A DNA stretch of 63,246 nt, filler included, from Hyphochytrium catenoides (taxonomy: Eukaryota; Protista; Hyphochytriomycota), in the NCBI GenBank assembly GCA_900088475.1. It is 13 parts of 13 records of this genome, joined end to end, with 100 filler letters (N's around TTAATTAATTAA, not from the genome) between each part and the next. Parts side by side here need not be neighbours in the genome. Positions count along the whole stretch, not along the records: positions 13,286 to 18,605 come from FLMG01002298.1; positions 18,706 to 29,685 come from FLMG01001799.1; 11 more parts are not named here. The stretch is one strand, 5' to 3'. Positions 13,285 through 26,783 of this stretch are shown here, piece by piece. The number at the start of each line of letters is the position of its first letter. Positions within the stretch are counted from its first letter, which is position 1. Position numbers and translations under genes: made by a program. The notes under the pieces were generated by a model that did no database searches, was not told where the DNA came from, and saw nothing but the letters and a program-made list of their open reading frames with translations.

Positions 13285-14921
13285 NGGGAACCAGCCTGCA
13301 GGCAGACTTGTCATGGAGGTAGGGCACTCGGTTCTGTGAGGGTGTTTGAAGGCGGCACTGAGTTGAAATGGGGTCCTAAGATCTGTGCTGCTATCAATGA
13401 CGCTATCTCCCCTTCTCATCCCTGTTGGTCCCCCAACCTTTCCGCCCACCCTATTATGCCAGGATGCTGCTTTCCTGTGTGCTGCCTAAGCTGCTGCTCA
13501 CCATCTTGTCTCTCTTTCCCCATCAAACTGTCAAACAAGCTTCGTGCGGATGTGGCGCCGAAGACAGCAGGTTAGAATTTGCCCTTGAGATGGATAAGAA
13601 CACCATCTCACTTTCCTTTCTCCCTCGAACTTCATCTCCTCCTTGTCGCTACGTAGAGAACTTCCGTCAGCTTTGCACTGGCGAGGCTGGAAAGGGCGTC
13701 TCTGGCAAGGTATCCAGCTTCCATCTGCTGGCCCGTTACTTTACCGATCCTCTATTGATCGTTAGCCCTAGCATCTCATTTCTTCTCTCATTTGCTTGCT
13801 GGACTATCGCCTCCTTGCGAGCGACATCTCATCACGCACTCTGTTTTCCTTCCACACCTCCACCAGCCATTACATTACAAGGGGTCGATCTTTCATCGCA
13901 TCATCCCAGAATTCATGTGCCAGGGCGGCGACTTCACTCGCGGTGCGTCACATCAGTCGCTACCTGGTCATTTCCCTTACGGTGTTTTTTCAAGACTTAC
14001 GCGTCCGATGACGAGCACCATGCTCGTCTTGGGACATTTGATTATCTTTCTTGGGGACTAGTTCCATGTTTGCTTGTCATAAGGCTTCTCACATAGCTCA
14101 AGTTTTACCCTTCCCAGTTGCTCCTGGTTTAAGTCTCTCCTATCTTGACTTGCGCTAATCTGGCAATGTGACTTCCAGGCAATGGCACCGGCGGCGAGAG
14201 TATCTACGGACAAAAGTTTCCTGATGAGAACTTTACCTTGAAGCACAAGGGAGAGGGCATCCTCTCAATGGCCAATGCTGGGCCTAACACGAACGGATCT
14301 CAGGTGAGCAAGTAGAAAGGCATAGAAGTGGATGGTCCTTGAAGATGCATCATTCACTGGGCATGCAGTGGCCCTACATGATCTTCCTGCGATGCTCCTG
14401 CTGACAGCTGTTCTTGTTCCCGCGCATGATGACCACCTCGGTTTGCTATCCGTCCCGCCGTATCCCTATTCGTTTCTTGCCCAGTTCTTCATCACTCTTG
14501 TTGACTGTCCCTGGCTGGATGGTCGCCACACGGTTTTTGGCAAGGTAAGGCTAGGGCTGAAGTAGACCGTGTTTGTTTCGAGCTAAAAGTCATGTTATTT
14601 AGGTTGTTGAGGGCCTTGACCTGCTTAAGAAGATGGAACAGCAAGGCTCTCAAAGTGGACAAACAAGGTGAATAAGAACATTCTGCAGATGCCTTCAGAG
14701 CCTTGAGCGCGCCTTGCCCTCTTCGCTGACTTTAGCTTTCGCTGTCGCACAATCTTTTTGCCTAATAATGCTTCTTTGGGTGCCTGTTCAGCTGTCTATC
14801 AATGTTGTTCTTCTCCTCCTATATGGTACTCGTTCTCCCTGGGCTGACGGTGTTTTGGGCGATTGATACCTCCTCTAGGTCGCAAGTAAGCATCTCTGAC
14901 TGCGGTCAGGTCAATGAGTAA
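13285..14921 (+). CDS. Cyclophilin-type peptidyl-prolyl cis-trans isomerase (CypA-like); 8 visible exons, 5' end off contig
   Basis: The spliced product is [11 protein letters not shown]|[10 protein letters not shown]|[18 protein letters not shown]|[26 protein letters not shown]|[41 protein letters not shown]|[20 protein letters not shown]|VVEGLD...|[13 protein letters not shown]. All introns are GT-AG. Confidence 0.97.
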
Positions 14922-15226
14922 AACTGCAGACACTGTGCCAACATTCCTAAGACCTCTTAAAGCAGGTGCGCTTATACAGGGTAGGGTGGTGAAAAGGGTT
15001 ATGACTCTGTATAAATCTTTTAATAAACAGAAGGAAAGAGGCCCCGAGTCCTAGTCTTATGACTTACAAGTGGTGGAACAAACAGGAGAGAGGCTTCGCT
15101 GTACAGATACATAGGAAGAGCCAAGGAACAAGTGAAAAGCGTCATCTCATTCCCTTTCTCTCCTAAGTGGAGATCCAGGAAGGATCTTCTGTGGACAAAA
15201 AATAGATACGGGCAGCTGAGGCTTGG

Positions 15227-16983
15227 CTAAATTGTGGCGCTTCTTAGCAGCTGTGACTTTCTATCTGTCAGCTGCTCTGTGAATGCCTCGTCATCATTGG
15301 AGACGAGATAAAGGGTGTCGTCTCGGTTGGGACTCTGGTCAAGGAGCCGGGCAATGCCTGCCAGGGAAAAGAGAGAGAGAGAGAGAGCCTGTTAAACCAT
15401 GGCTCTAAGGAACAAGAACCAACTTAGTTCAGTCATCTTACGGTTAGGTGTGAAGCAGAGGTCAACGTAGAAGTAGTTGAGCTCCCTCTCCTGGCAGACG
15501 CCTCTAAGGTTGATGCTCGTCATGTATGACACCTCGGTAGCAGCGTTATTAAGCTTGGGTCGCAACAGCCAGGCTAGGGATATCAAAGATAGCAGGGGCG
15601 GCGTTAGACTATTTGGGCCCTCCTCGCTTCTTCGAGTCACGGAGTATAGGTCGACCAGAAGGAAGACACCAACAAAACGACAAAGACAGAGAGGATAGAC
15701 CCCTACCTTGCATAAAATCCTTTCCTCTAACGCATTCTGGTTGCTCAGAGTAGTCATGGAAGGACACATCCTTCTCAACAATGATGACTGAGCCGTCCGC
15801 GCCTACCCTCCAATGCATCACGGTCACAAAGTCTACCAAAGTGCCGCTGTCTGGGAACTTAAGCCTGCATTGACATCAGTAAAGACGGGCGGTAGGGTTA
15901 GTACTCCCTTTAGTCATCGCTTTATCCTGCTTGCAGCCTCCCACAGCATCAACACTTTTGTCTCTCGCTTTACTTTCCCCCTATTGCTGTCTAGGAGGCT
16001 ACTCACCGCATGTATCGCAGGCAGTAATGCTTGTCCACCTGCTTGAGAATATGGCAGCTATCCACATTCGGATCCCAGGTGGACTTTAGGCTACTGTCTG
16101 TTATGGCCTTCCAGAGCGCCCGGCAGGGATGGAAAACTGTTCCTTTGCATAACGTGCTCTTGCCTACCATACTCTGCCTGTCATAGCAGAGCAAGTCTCC
16201 CTCCTCCCCAAAGAGTGACCAGATATTCATATTTTCTCCTTCCTCGGCCAGCCATGTCACAGCCTTCTCACTCTCTTGGACACAAAGCTCCAATTCCAGC
16301 TCCTCGTTCAGTGTTGAAGAGAACGAGACTCCACGGAAACTGAAGCTTTCGAAGGATTCCCGAAGCTCATTGACTGATCCCTGGAGATAGTAAAGACATG
16401 CTTGTAAGAAATAATCTCCCAGACGACAATGAAACTCGATCTCTCTCTCTTTCCGCCTCCACATCAGACATTCATAATCAGGTATGCTCCTAGTGCTTCT
16501 TGTTACACATATAAAACTTACCGATGAAAGAGTGTCGTCGGAATCATCAGTGTGCAGCATCTCACTAAGGAAGAGAATCTGGCCTGGCGAAGAAAATGAC
16601 GATCCAGCAGACGCAGTGCTTTCAGAGTCTCTCCCCTCCGCTGCATTGAGGTATCGGTTATAGTCCGGCCTCTTTACCCTCTGTACGAACTCGTCGTCTA
16701 AGAGTTTCGTGGTCAGGTTGGGCGAAGAGGAAGAGGACGTAATGGTGCTTGATTGGCGCCTGCTGGGAGGCAGGGGAGGAGTCATACTCCCTCTCCGCGT
16801 GATGCTCTGTCTCGGTGCTATCTTCTCCGCTTCTTGGTTGTCATTGGTTGCCTTCTTTCCCGTTGTCTGGTTCTTAAGGGCTACCTTTGCTCCCTAATAG
16901 TAGTCAAAGAAGGAATAGCATGAGCACACAGAGTACGGGAAGAGTACACACAAGAGGGCAGCCAGCCTGACTCTTCCATTATT

Positions 16984-17021
<38 letters not shown>

Positions 17022-17665
17022 NNNNNNNNNNNNNNNNNNNNNNNNNNNNNNNNTACATGATTGATGAACTTGATCCACTGGATGGCATCCTCCTCCGAGT
17101 GGGAGGCAAAGAACATCACTCTGTCATAGCCCTGAGTAAGGGAGAAAGAGAAGATGCTCTTCTCCTTCTCTCTTTTCACCTTCTCCCCTACTCTAGCGAC
17201 GCACTTCATGAGATTGATGACCTCTTTGGGCTTCTTGTCCGTCGGGTTATTATACAGAGACAGCTGTCCATGGTCTACCACGCAGAACAACGTTGACCAG
17301 CCAAAAAAGTCGCGCTTCTTCAGAAGAAGTCCCTGCAACAGCCATTCAGAGAGAGAGAGACCAGCATGTCAGAAGGGACAGCAGAAAGAGGCAAGCAGTC
17401 AAGCTAACAGGGAAGAGAGTTGAGCAGCAGTCCGCTAGTTACCTCTCTGTGCACTCGTTTCAGTGCCTTGGTTTGTTCTTTGGAGAGCTTCAGCGTCTGC
17501 GCCTCTTTGTTGCGCGCCTCCTCCTCCACCAGCCGCGATAGACTTTTCAGCGCGGGAATCATTGCATTATCAAAAGGCAATGAGACGCGATGAGACTTTG
17601 GAAAGCGTCTTCCGGTGTCGGAGGACAATGAAGGAGTCGCCGCCTTGTAAGTGTTCCTCTCCCTT
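15227..17665 (-). CDS. PH-domain + START-domain lipid-binding/transfer protein (CERT/EDR2-like architecture); 5' end uncertain
   Basis: PH domain: EGLLLKKRDFFGWSTLFCVVDHGQLSLYNNPTDKKPKEVINL...FFASHSEEDAIQWIKFI. START domain: KSTWDPNVDSCHILKQVD...YMR|LKFP...DFVTVMHWRVGADGSVIIV...SFHDYSEQPECVRG...WLLRP...TEVSYMTSINLRG. Stop TAG at 15227-15229, convergent with cyclophilin. Confidence 0.8.
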
Positions 17666-18185
17666 CAGAGTAGAGAGTGAAGAGGAGGAGGGAGCCGGAA
17701 GATTGTCTCTTCTTGAAGAAGGCTGAAGCCCAGGACCCGGCGGTGTAGGCGTGGACACTTCAAAGAAAGAAGGAAGAGAGAGACAATGTGGATAAAGGTT
17801 CAACCTTCCTTTTTGTCTCAAAGGACTAAAGAGAGATATGAGAAGCCAAGAATATTGGTTGAAGGAAGAGAGAGAGAATGTATAGAGATTGTTGGTGAAA
17901 GAGAGATAAAAGGAAGTGAGACAAGAGAAGCAAGAAGAAGAAGAGAGAAAGAATCTTCGGCGGATGGAGAGGAGAGAGAGGAGGCGGTGGGGATTGCCTC
18001 GTTCTCTGCTTTTTCCTTTCTGTCGACGACTGTCCGCCAGGACTGAGACCACGCTCCGACGGTGTGATGTCCAATCTGGAGCAGAGCCTTCTCTCTCTCT
18101 CTCGCCCCTGCCTGTCCTTTCTATATGGAACCTTCGTCGTCCTCCTCCCTAACCTGTCAGTTTCTTTCTCTCTCTCTCTCTCTCG

Positions 18186-18219
<34 letters not shown>

Positions 18220-18705
18220 TTCTCTGTCCTCGCTCTCTCTCTCTCTCTTGTCTCTCTCTGTATGTGTGGCCGTACTTACGATGATGCCCCTTCTCTCTCT
18301 TCGATGTGTCTGTCCCTTGGCGCACGCAACTTCAGTTGGAAGTGAGAACCACCCGCACACACTGGCCGCCGCCCTTCTCTCCTTGCTCTCTCCCTGTCTC
18401 GCACTTCTAACGCCTCTTCTTTTTCTACGAAGGGAGAGAGGAGGAGCAGGGGAAGGCAAAGTAAACTTTGTGCCCTGCCTGTCATCGCCAGACTTTCCCT
18501 CGCCTCTCCTCTCCTCTCCTTCTCTGTCTCCCCTGTGACTCTCTCAGTGCTAACTCTTTGGTTCCCTGTCCAAAAAGCTCCAAGCGTCACGCTTTGACTA
18601 GAGGTNNNNNNNNNNNNNNNNNNNNNNNNNNNNNNNNNNNNNNNNNNNNTTAATTAATTAANNNNNNNNNNNNNNNNNNNNNNNNNNNNNNNNNNNNNNN
18701 NNNNN

Positions 18706-21700
18706 TTGGGGTTCCATCCACACACTTTCCCAAGAAGGATTTCCAAGCAATCCCAAGTCTCAAAGCCCCTCGAGGGCCCTTTTGGACCACGTGGGAATTC
18801 AGAGGAAACGAGGCAATTTCTTCAGCCTTCGGCTTTATCACGGCCTTGAGCGGAGAGAGAGACTTGCTCCTGGACCTTGGCCGTTTACGGACTCTCCTGT
18901 CTTCGGAAGCACTGCTTTGCTGGTGAGAGACATACTCCATAAGAGCCCAGCCAGTCATGTCCTAGGGGACATTTTTGGAGTGAGTGAGGACATAGAATAA
19001 GAAACGATCGTCAACCAGAGAGAGCCCCGAAGCGAGAAGCAGAAACCTAAAAAGATGTCACTGGCTACTTACCAGCAGCTGGTGAACCTCCAAGATTCCC
19101 CCAACCGTCCTGCGGAGAGTAGCTACCGCTTCTATTGCTGTCAAGGAGTTGCCCCCCGCCTCTCTGAATGTCAAACGAAGCCTTTCTCTGCGCCCTGAGT
19201 CCTCTGTCTTGTTATCCTTTTTCCGATAACAAGCTTCAAGCACCTCATTCAGCCACTCTATTGGACCCTTAAAACCCTCCGTCAAGATTGAATTTAGATT
19301 GTGGAACACGGAAATCATCTAACTCACTGCCATATTATACTCTCCTCTCCGCCATGACGCAATCAACGCGGCACGATCAACCTGAAGACGGGCAATCAAA
19401 ACATGCCCATTGCTGGGCATATGAGAGACTCATTAACTCACCTTTCCGTGTGATGTCCTTGGTAGAGCGGAAAGTCTGATGAACCTTGAAGGGACAAAAG
19501 TAGGTCTTAAGTGCCGCTGGGCACATCTCCTTACCTCTGTACAAAAGAAGTACCGGAAAGACGATGGTGTAAGAGGGGCCACGCAGAGAGAAGGGAAGAC
19601 GTTTACTATCTTACCAGCTTCAGTGACATTATTAGATGATGTAGGCGAGAGGGCGTAGAATCCAATGAGCAGGTTCCTCTCGGGAGAAACAACAGCAAGC
19701 TCTAGAATCTCCGGTATGCTGCCTTTGACCTTGGCCTAGAGGTGACGGGTCAGAAGCCTTAGGGCCTGCGACTTGGGAATGTTCAGAATCGTCACTAGCC
19801 TGACAGCTGACCTCAATAATTGAAGGGCTCACGGTCATGCCAGACATCGTGATAATGTTGTCCACTCTGCCAACGTAGTAAAGCAGACCACCGTAGAGCA
19901 CAACAAGATCTCCTGAGAGAAGGGAGAAGAAAAGGATCTGTCAGTTTCCCAACAAAAGTGAGTTTGCTGACACTCTACGTGGCGCTACGGTATCTGGACT
20001 AACCCACACAGCGAGTGTCCCACTACTAATCTTCGTCCACCTGTTTTAAACCATATCGTATCGCGGCCATCAGGGAGCTGAGCAAAGCGCTTACGGGTCT
20101 CCATAGGTCTGTTGAGTTAGGTCAACATGCCCAAGATGGAATGTCAACAGCTCTGCAGCTAACCAATTGCGTAGAAAAAAAACCTTGGCAGCAACTCTAG
20201 GGAAGACAACCAGAGCCAAGCAGACCATAACACAAGGGCTTCTGGCGGGTAGTCATACCTTCTGAAGTATCCAGATGCGAGCTGCACTCCTGAAACGTAG
20301 AGCTCTCCAATCTCTCCCTCTTGAACGGGTTGAAGCTCAGAGGTGACGACAGAAAGGATGCAGCCAGGCAAAGCTCGGCCAATGGGGGGACCATACTGCT
20401 TCCAATATTCCTGGGCCTTTTTATAAGAGCCGCCCTCCGAATAGACAGTTGGAGCCACGGTGCACCAAGTGATATCCCCAGACACCTCTGTAGATCCTTA
20501 CAGAACAAAAACCTTAGGTCAGTGCCAATAGCCTCACGAAGATTTGGGGATCTGAGGCCAAGATAAACCTAAAAGATAGTCCAACCATACGCTACTGTTG
20601 CGGATACGGCATAAAGGCCAACGCTGCCCTACCATAGAGATTGATTAGCGCCACCTTGTCGACAGAGAAGTCTCTGAACTTTTCCGCGGTGCTATAAGGT
20701 AGCGCTTCACCACTAACAAAGCATAGCCGAAGGCTAGGTACTGCCTCCCTGAAGGAGCTAGGTTTTGAGCCGAGAGAAAGTGCAGGAGTTCAGAACCTTC
20801 TGAGAAAGGGTTTAGTTTCTTAGGGATAGTCGACATGCAGAAAGGCAGTCCTTCACCTGCTTTGCTCTTGAAGGTTAGCGAGAAGGAGGTCCAGATATGA
20901 TGGAACGGACGTGAACCTTGTGGCGCCCTTAGCCCTCAGAAGGCTCAAGAAGGCTGGTACGTCAAGGACTTTGGCCTGATAGTTGCCCGATAGGAAGTAA
21001 GTGAGAAGCCAGTGACAGTCCAAGGGCAGTCGAACCTGTTGCCCTTCACAAAGAGAACGAGATGCAGGTAAATATATATCTTAGGAGAGCCGCCATCCAA
21101 TACCTGTGGGATAATGAGCAGTGTTGCACCTCCAAGAAGGGTCCCAAAGATCTCCCACACCGAGTCCACGAAGGCTATACTGGTACGATGAGCAATAACT
21201 TCCTCTCCTTGAAAGGGGAATTGGTCCCACATCCAATGGAAGCGGTTCAGTGTCCCCTCGACGGTGCCCAAGACACCTTTGGCAAACCCAGTGGACCCTG
21301 AAGTGTAAAGGAGATAGAGCAGCCGCCTCGTTTCGGCTAGGTGTCCTGCCGGTGGAGACCAGAGATCATGCTCCTCTGTATGTGCTTTCGAACTTCGAAG
21401 ATATGTGAAGGTAAGCACCCGTTGGAAAGGAAGGCTGACAGCCGCCTGCTTTGTCTCATACATCTCCAGTCGGTAGATCTGAGAGAAGAGGTCTCTACCG
21501 GCGACTGCTTCAGACGTGAAGATTCCTTGTGGACGCGCGTCCTGGAGTATCTCCAACTTTTCCGCATCTGTCATCTCAACGTCCAAGCCCACGTACAAGG
21601 CGCCAACCTTTAGTACGGCCAGTATGGCTACGATCTGTCATGCAAACCACCTTAGCAATCGTGCGCGAGGGGGGCGCTTATAGCCACTTACCGCTTGTGG

Positions 21701-21946
21701 ACTCCGCTCGAGACAAATGGCAATGCGCGGGCGCAACCTCCCCTCAGTGCAGGCAGCAAGGCTCGGTAACGACCGTACGAGAAAGGTTGAAACCCGTTCT
21801 GCGGCATCTAGCAGATTGCGGTATGTTAAGCTAAGGGTGTCGTCTATTAGGGCTATCGCCTCAGGTTGTTCTTGGGCCTTCCTAGTAAAGGCTGCAAAAA
21901 AGCCAGAAGAGGCATAGCTCCTATCGTCTGTCGCCATTTGCTGCAT
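18706..21946 (-). CDS. AASDH: AASDH/ACSF4-like NRPS-type enzyme (adenylation - carrier - PQQ-like beta-propeller); 3' end off contig
   Basis: A-domain motifs YLLYTSGSTGFAKGV, INLYGSTE, PIGRALPG, GELYVSGVQLASGYF and WFKTGDL...YYVGRVD. Carrier motif FREAGGNSL. WKSFLGKCVDGTP matches the start of the AASDH propeller (GKCVDASP-type). Confidence 0.8.
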
Positions 21947-22663
21947 CAGCCTTTGGCGGCCATGCTGTCTTCCGAATCACGTTCAACCCATCGAGGAGTT
22001 GTCAGCCTTGCTCAACTGACAGCGTCAATTGGCGATGGACAGGTCTGAGGCGCGGGTCAAGTGACCCTGTTCCGGACAGTACTCGCGGCGTCATTGTGTC
22101 GCTGAGAGATAGTCCAGGCCAAATGATGGGCTGGCGGGGTGGGCTTCCGATGGGAGGTGCGTTCCTTCGGCCATGGGCGATGATGAGATCGAGGCTTGAA
22201 GCTTTCTATAGCTCGCAGAGTTATGAGAAGCAAAATCTAGGAACTTCACAGCAGCTTCTGATGGATGAAACTATTATTTTTTGGAACCCCTTACGCCTAC
22301 AGAGGTAACTCTACGAGCATATAAAAATAGGAAGGGAAGGCCAAATGATGTGGCGAAATAGTGTTTTCGTTCAAAACTATGTTGATGATGGAGGCTGTCT
22401 TGCGAGAGAGGAGACAATCTGCAGAGCTCCAATAATAAGCTCAAGCTCAAATGATGGGAGGAAGGACAGCGAAGCTCAGCTATCGTAGCGCAAGAAATAG
22501 CGTCTTGAGCTCTTGAGAGAGGCTTGGGCCCGGCTATCTGTCATAGGGCAATCGTCAGCATCTTGCTCTTCGTCCTCTGCCGTCAGCCCGGTCGCGGAAG
22601 AGTAACCGAATTGTTCAAACAGATCATCAGCCTCTCCTAGAATACACACAACGTGAAAGGCTA

Positions 22664-22980
22664 ACTCGTCCTCAAAGCTTTCAGTCAGATGACGATTGTC
22701 CGGGATTACGTAAGTAGTAGTGATAGGTAGCGGCGATTCAAGGGCTCGTGCAGGACTGGACCGCGTCCTACGAGACTGAAGACTAGGAGAATAGAAGGGT
22801 ACTCGTCCTCAAAGCTATCTAGCCAGAGGACGATTGTCCGGGATTGAATAAGCAGTAGTGATAGGTAGCGGCGGTTCAGGGGCTCGTGCGGGAGCGCAAT
22901 GCACGACTGAACCAAGTGAGTGCACGGCACGACTGAAACCACGCCCTACGACACTGAAGACTAGGAGAATGGAAGGGATA
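22664..22980. repeat. Diverged direct tandem duplication, ~137-bp unit x2 (second copy carries an insert)
   Basis: ACTCGTCCTCAAAGCT...GACGATTGTCCGGGATT...AGTAGTGATAGGTAGCGGCG...CTGAAGACTAGGAGAAT occurs twice (from ~22664 and ~22801). Confidence 0.9.
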
Positions 22981-23010
22981 CACTTCAAAGGATACTCTCA
23001 GTGCGTGATA

Positions 23011-24565
<1,555 letters not shown>

Positions 24566-25991
24566 TTCGCCTGGGGCTCATAGAACTAGCGACACCAAGG
24601 ACTAACAGAACAGATGGCCGTAGCTTTGCCATACACGTCCCAGCTTTCGAGCAGCTCCTGTGGCGACCATATCAGCAGGCTGAGGAGCATGTCCCACATT
24701 ATCTGGTGTCGAAACACATGTGTAGGTCAAACCCGTGGTTGTTACGGGACTAAATGGAGAGGCTGTGGCTCATCCAGATGAAGGCGCAGGCATACGTCAC
24801 CCGTCCTCCTCGTGCTATTAGATCTATGCGGCCATTTCTTTCCAGAGAGTGAAGGTCGCCTTAAGCAGCGTGCAAAAGCAGTTGCCGTTGGCTCCAGATG
24901 CGGGAGGACCAGGGATGATGTTGACTGATGGTAAGACGCGCTGGTCTGCCCTGGTAAGTGATGAGTGATGAGACCTTGAGCAGGCCGGTGAGTGCTGGAA
25001 GTGGTCCTTCTCAGTCCCAAAGCCTCTGTACGACCGTGTCGTACCACCCTACAGCTCTACAGATCTCTCTGCACCTTTATCCCCCTTATTCTGTCACTCT
25101 GTCTCGGTAGTCCCCTCCAAAGAATGGAAAGGTACAGTAAACCTGAGTGATGGTCTCACAATCTGACCACACTTTCCCTCCATCATCCGCTTGACAATAT
25201 TGATGTCGTGCTCAAGATCAGCCAAGAGCGCGCATGGAAGTGACGTGCTCAAGATGCAGGGCCTGCAGCAGGAAGGAAGCTTTGAATCATTCTCTACGCT
25301 CTGCTGCACCGATGTGGCTGTGCGAAGAAGCAGCTCCACGATGACCATGAGGTACCTCGGTCCATTAAAATGCACTAAGAAGCTGGCCCAGCTTTCTTCA
25401 TGACACAATTTGTAAAGCAGTACGTAGATGTCTAGGAGATGATGATAACACAATGATTTGATGGCGCGATGGCGATAATAGAGGGGGAATATCAGGCCCT
25501 TGCCTCTCCGCTAGATCCTCTTGTGATGTCTCCTAGGCTGGCTCTATCTGGTGCCACCCACCACGTCCGGATTATTATCTACGATCGTTGTCCTCGGCAC
25601 ACATAGAAAGCGTTATCTCCTCCGCGGCCGCTCCTGGTAAGAGGAACAAACAAGTCCATCGATGGATGAATATGCTAGCTTTATTAGGACGAATAGCGCA
25701 GCATCTCTCTCTTTCCTCTAAGTATACCTTAGGAGGACTTGGTGGCTTAGGATTATCTTATCATTACCACGAGCGGGCAGAAGAAGGAGCCACGAGGTAG
25801 ATTACCACTCGGCAGAAGAGATAGACTTGTCTGATGAAGATTCGACGAAATAAAGGAGAAGAATTGAAGGGCTGAAGTAGCGGAAGCCGACCAAGCTAGG
25901 CACGAAAGACACTATGTCATTATAAGTTATAAGAGAAGGTGGAGAAAAGTGCAGGGATTCTAACGTCTACCAAGCTTGTCCCGTACGTCAT

Positions 25992-26783
25992 TTAGAATGA
26001 TGCAGACGAGTCGCTAGGGGGGCACGTCCAACTGTGCCTCATCTCCGTATACTTTGGCACGGACTGCATCTGTCCATTGAAGCGGGAGAGACCATATGGG
26101 ATCATCGGTTCAGGTTTGGTACAGTCGACATCGAAGGGGCGATTACAATCCCCCATGCATACCATTAGAGACAGGTTGCCGTCAGCATCACATACATATG
26201 CCGCATAGGAGTCCTTGTCTGAGTCTGGGCCGTTGTTTGCGGTACAGCGCTGGCCGATGGGAGTACGTCTGATTCCATTGAGCTCCCGCGGATTGTTGTT
26301 CGGAGAAACCCCACCGGGGAGGTGATAAAAGGTGTCGTAACTCTCCAAGACATAGAAGTAAGGTTCTTTGCCTTTAGACGCCGAGCTATCAGTACCTTCA
26401 TCTTCTACCACCAAAGTGGGTTCACAGGCCCACGTGAACCGATCAACCTGCGTCTTGCTCGTTCTATTTCTGCCATTATCCATGGCTGGTATAGTGTAGA
26501 CGACGTCACACTCTGCCAAGGGCTTGGTGCAGTCTGAGCCGCAGTATCTAGCTTGCAGATCGTTCCTGCTATTGCATGTGTAAGCATGGCCAAAGCCGGT
26601 CAGCTTGTAGTCCTGGCACTGCTTTCCCATTGGGATGTGGGTCACTAGGGTAGGGTTTCCTTTCTTATCGCTACCTGCCCAAAATTCATGCATGAAGGTC
26701 TCAGGCTCAGCCACAACGCTGGCGATAGTAGCGGTCACTGCGACCAGGTAGCTTGATAGAAGGGCCGAACGTAGTAGTACCAT
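25992..26783 (-). CDS. Intronless putative secreted protein (~263 aa) with two tandem 6-cysteine domains
   Basis: Uninterrupted, non-repetitive ORF. ATG at 26783 is followed by a signal-like MVLLRSALLSSYLVAVTATIASVVA. Two internal repeats share PxGxxC...AYxC...LxxxxCxxDCxxP...C...WxCxP. Confidence 0.8.
   Translation of the reverse strand: MVLLRSALLSSYLVAVTATIASVVAEPETFMHEFWAGSDKKGNPTLVTHIPMGKQCQDYKLTGFGHAYTCNSRNDLQARYCGSDCTKPLAECDVVYTIPAMDNGRNRTSKTQVDRFTWACEPTLVVEDEGTDSSASKGKEPYFYVLESYDTFYHLPGGVSPNNNPRELNGIRRTPIGQRCTANNGPDSDKDSYAAYVCDADGNLSLMVCMGDCNRPFDVDCTKPEPMIPYGLSRFNGQMQSVPKYTEMRHSWTCPPSDSSASF

Noticed and set aside
24600-25510. Protein-like minus-strand fragments upstream of TGDS (ORF 25094-25453 and others)
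   Set aside because: I could not build a consistent spliced frame or assign a family; it may be a real divergent gene or a pseudogene.
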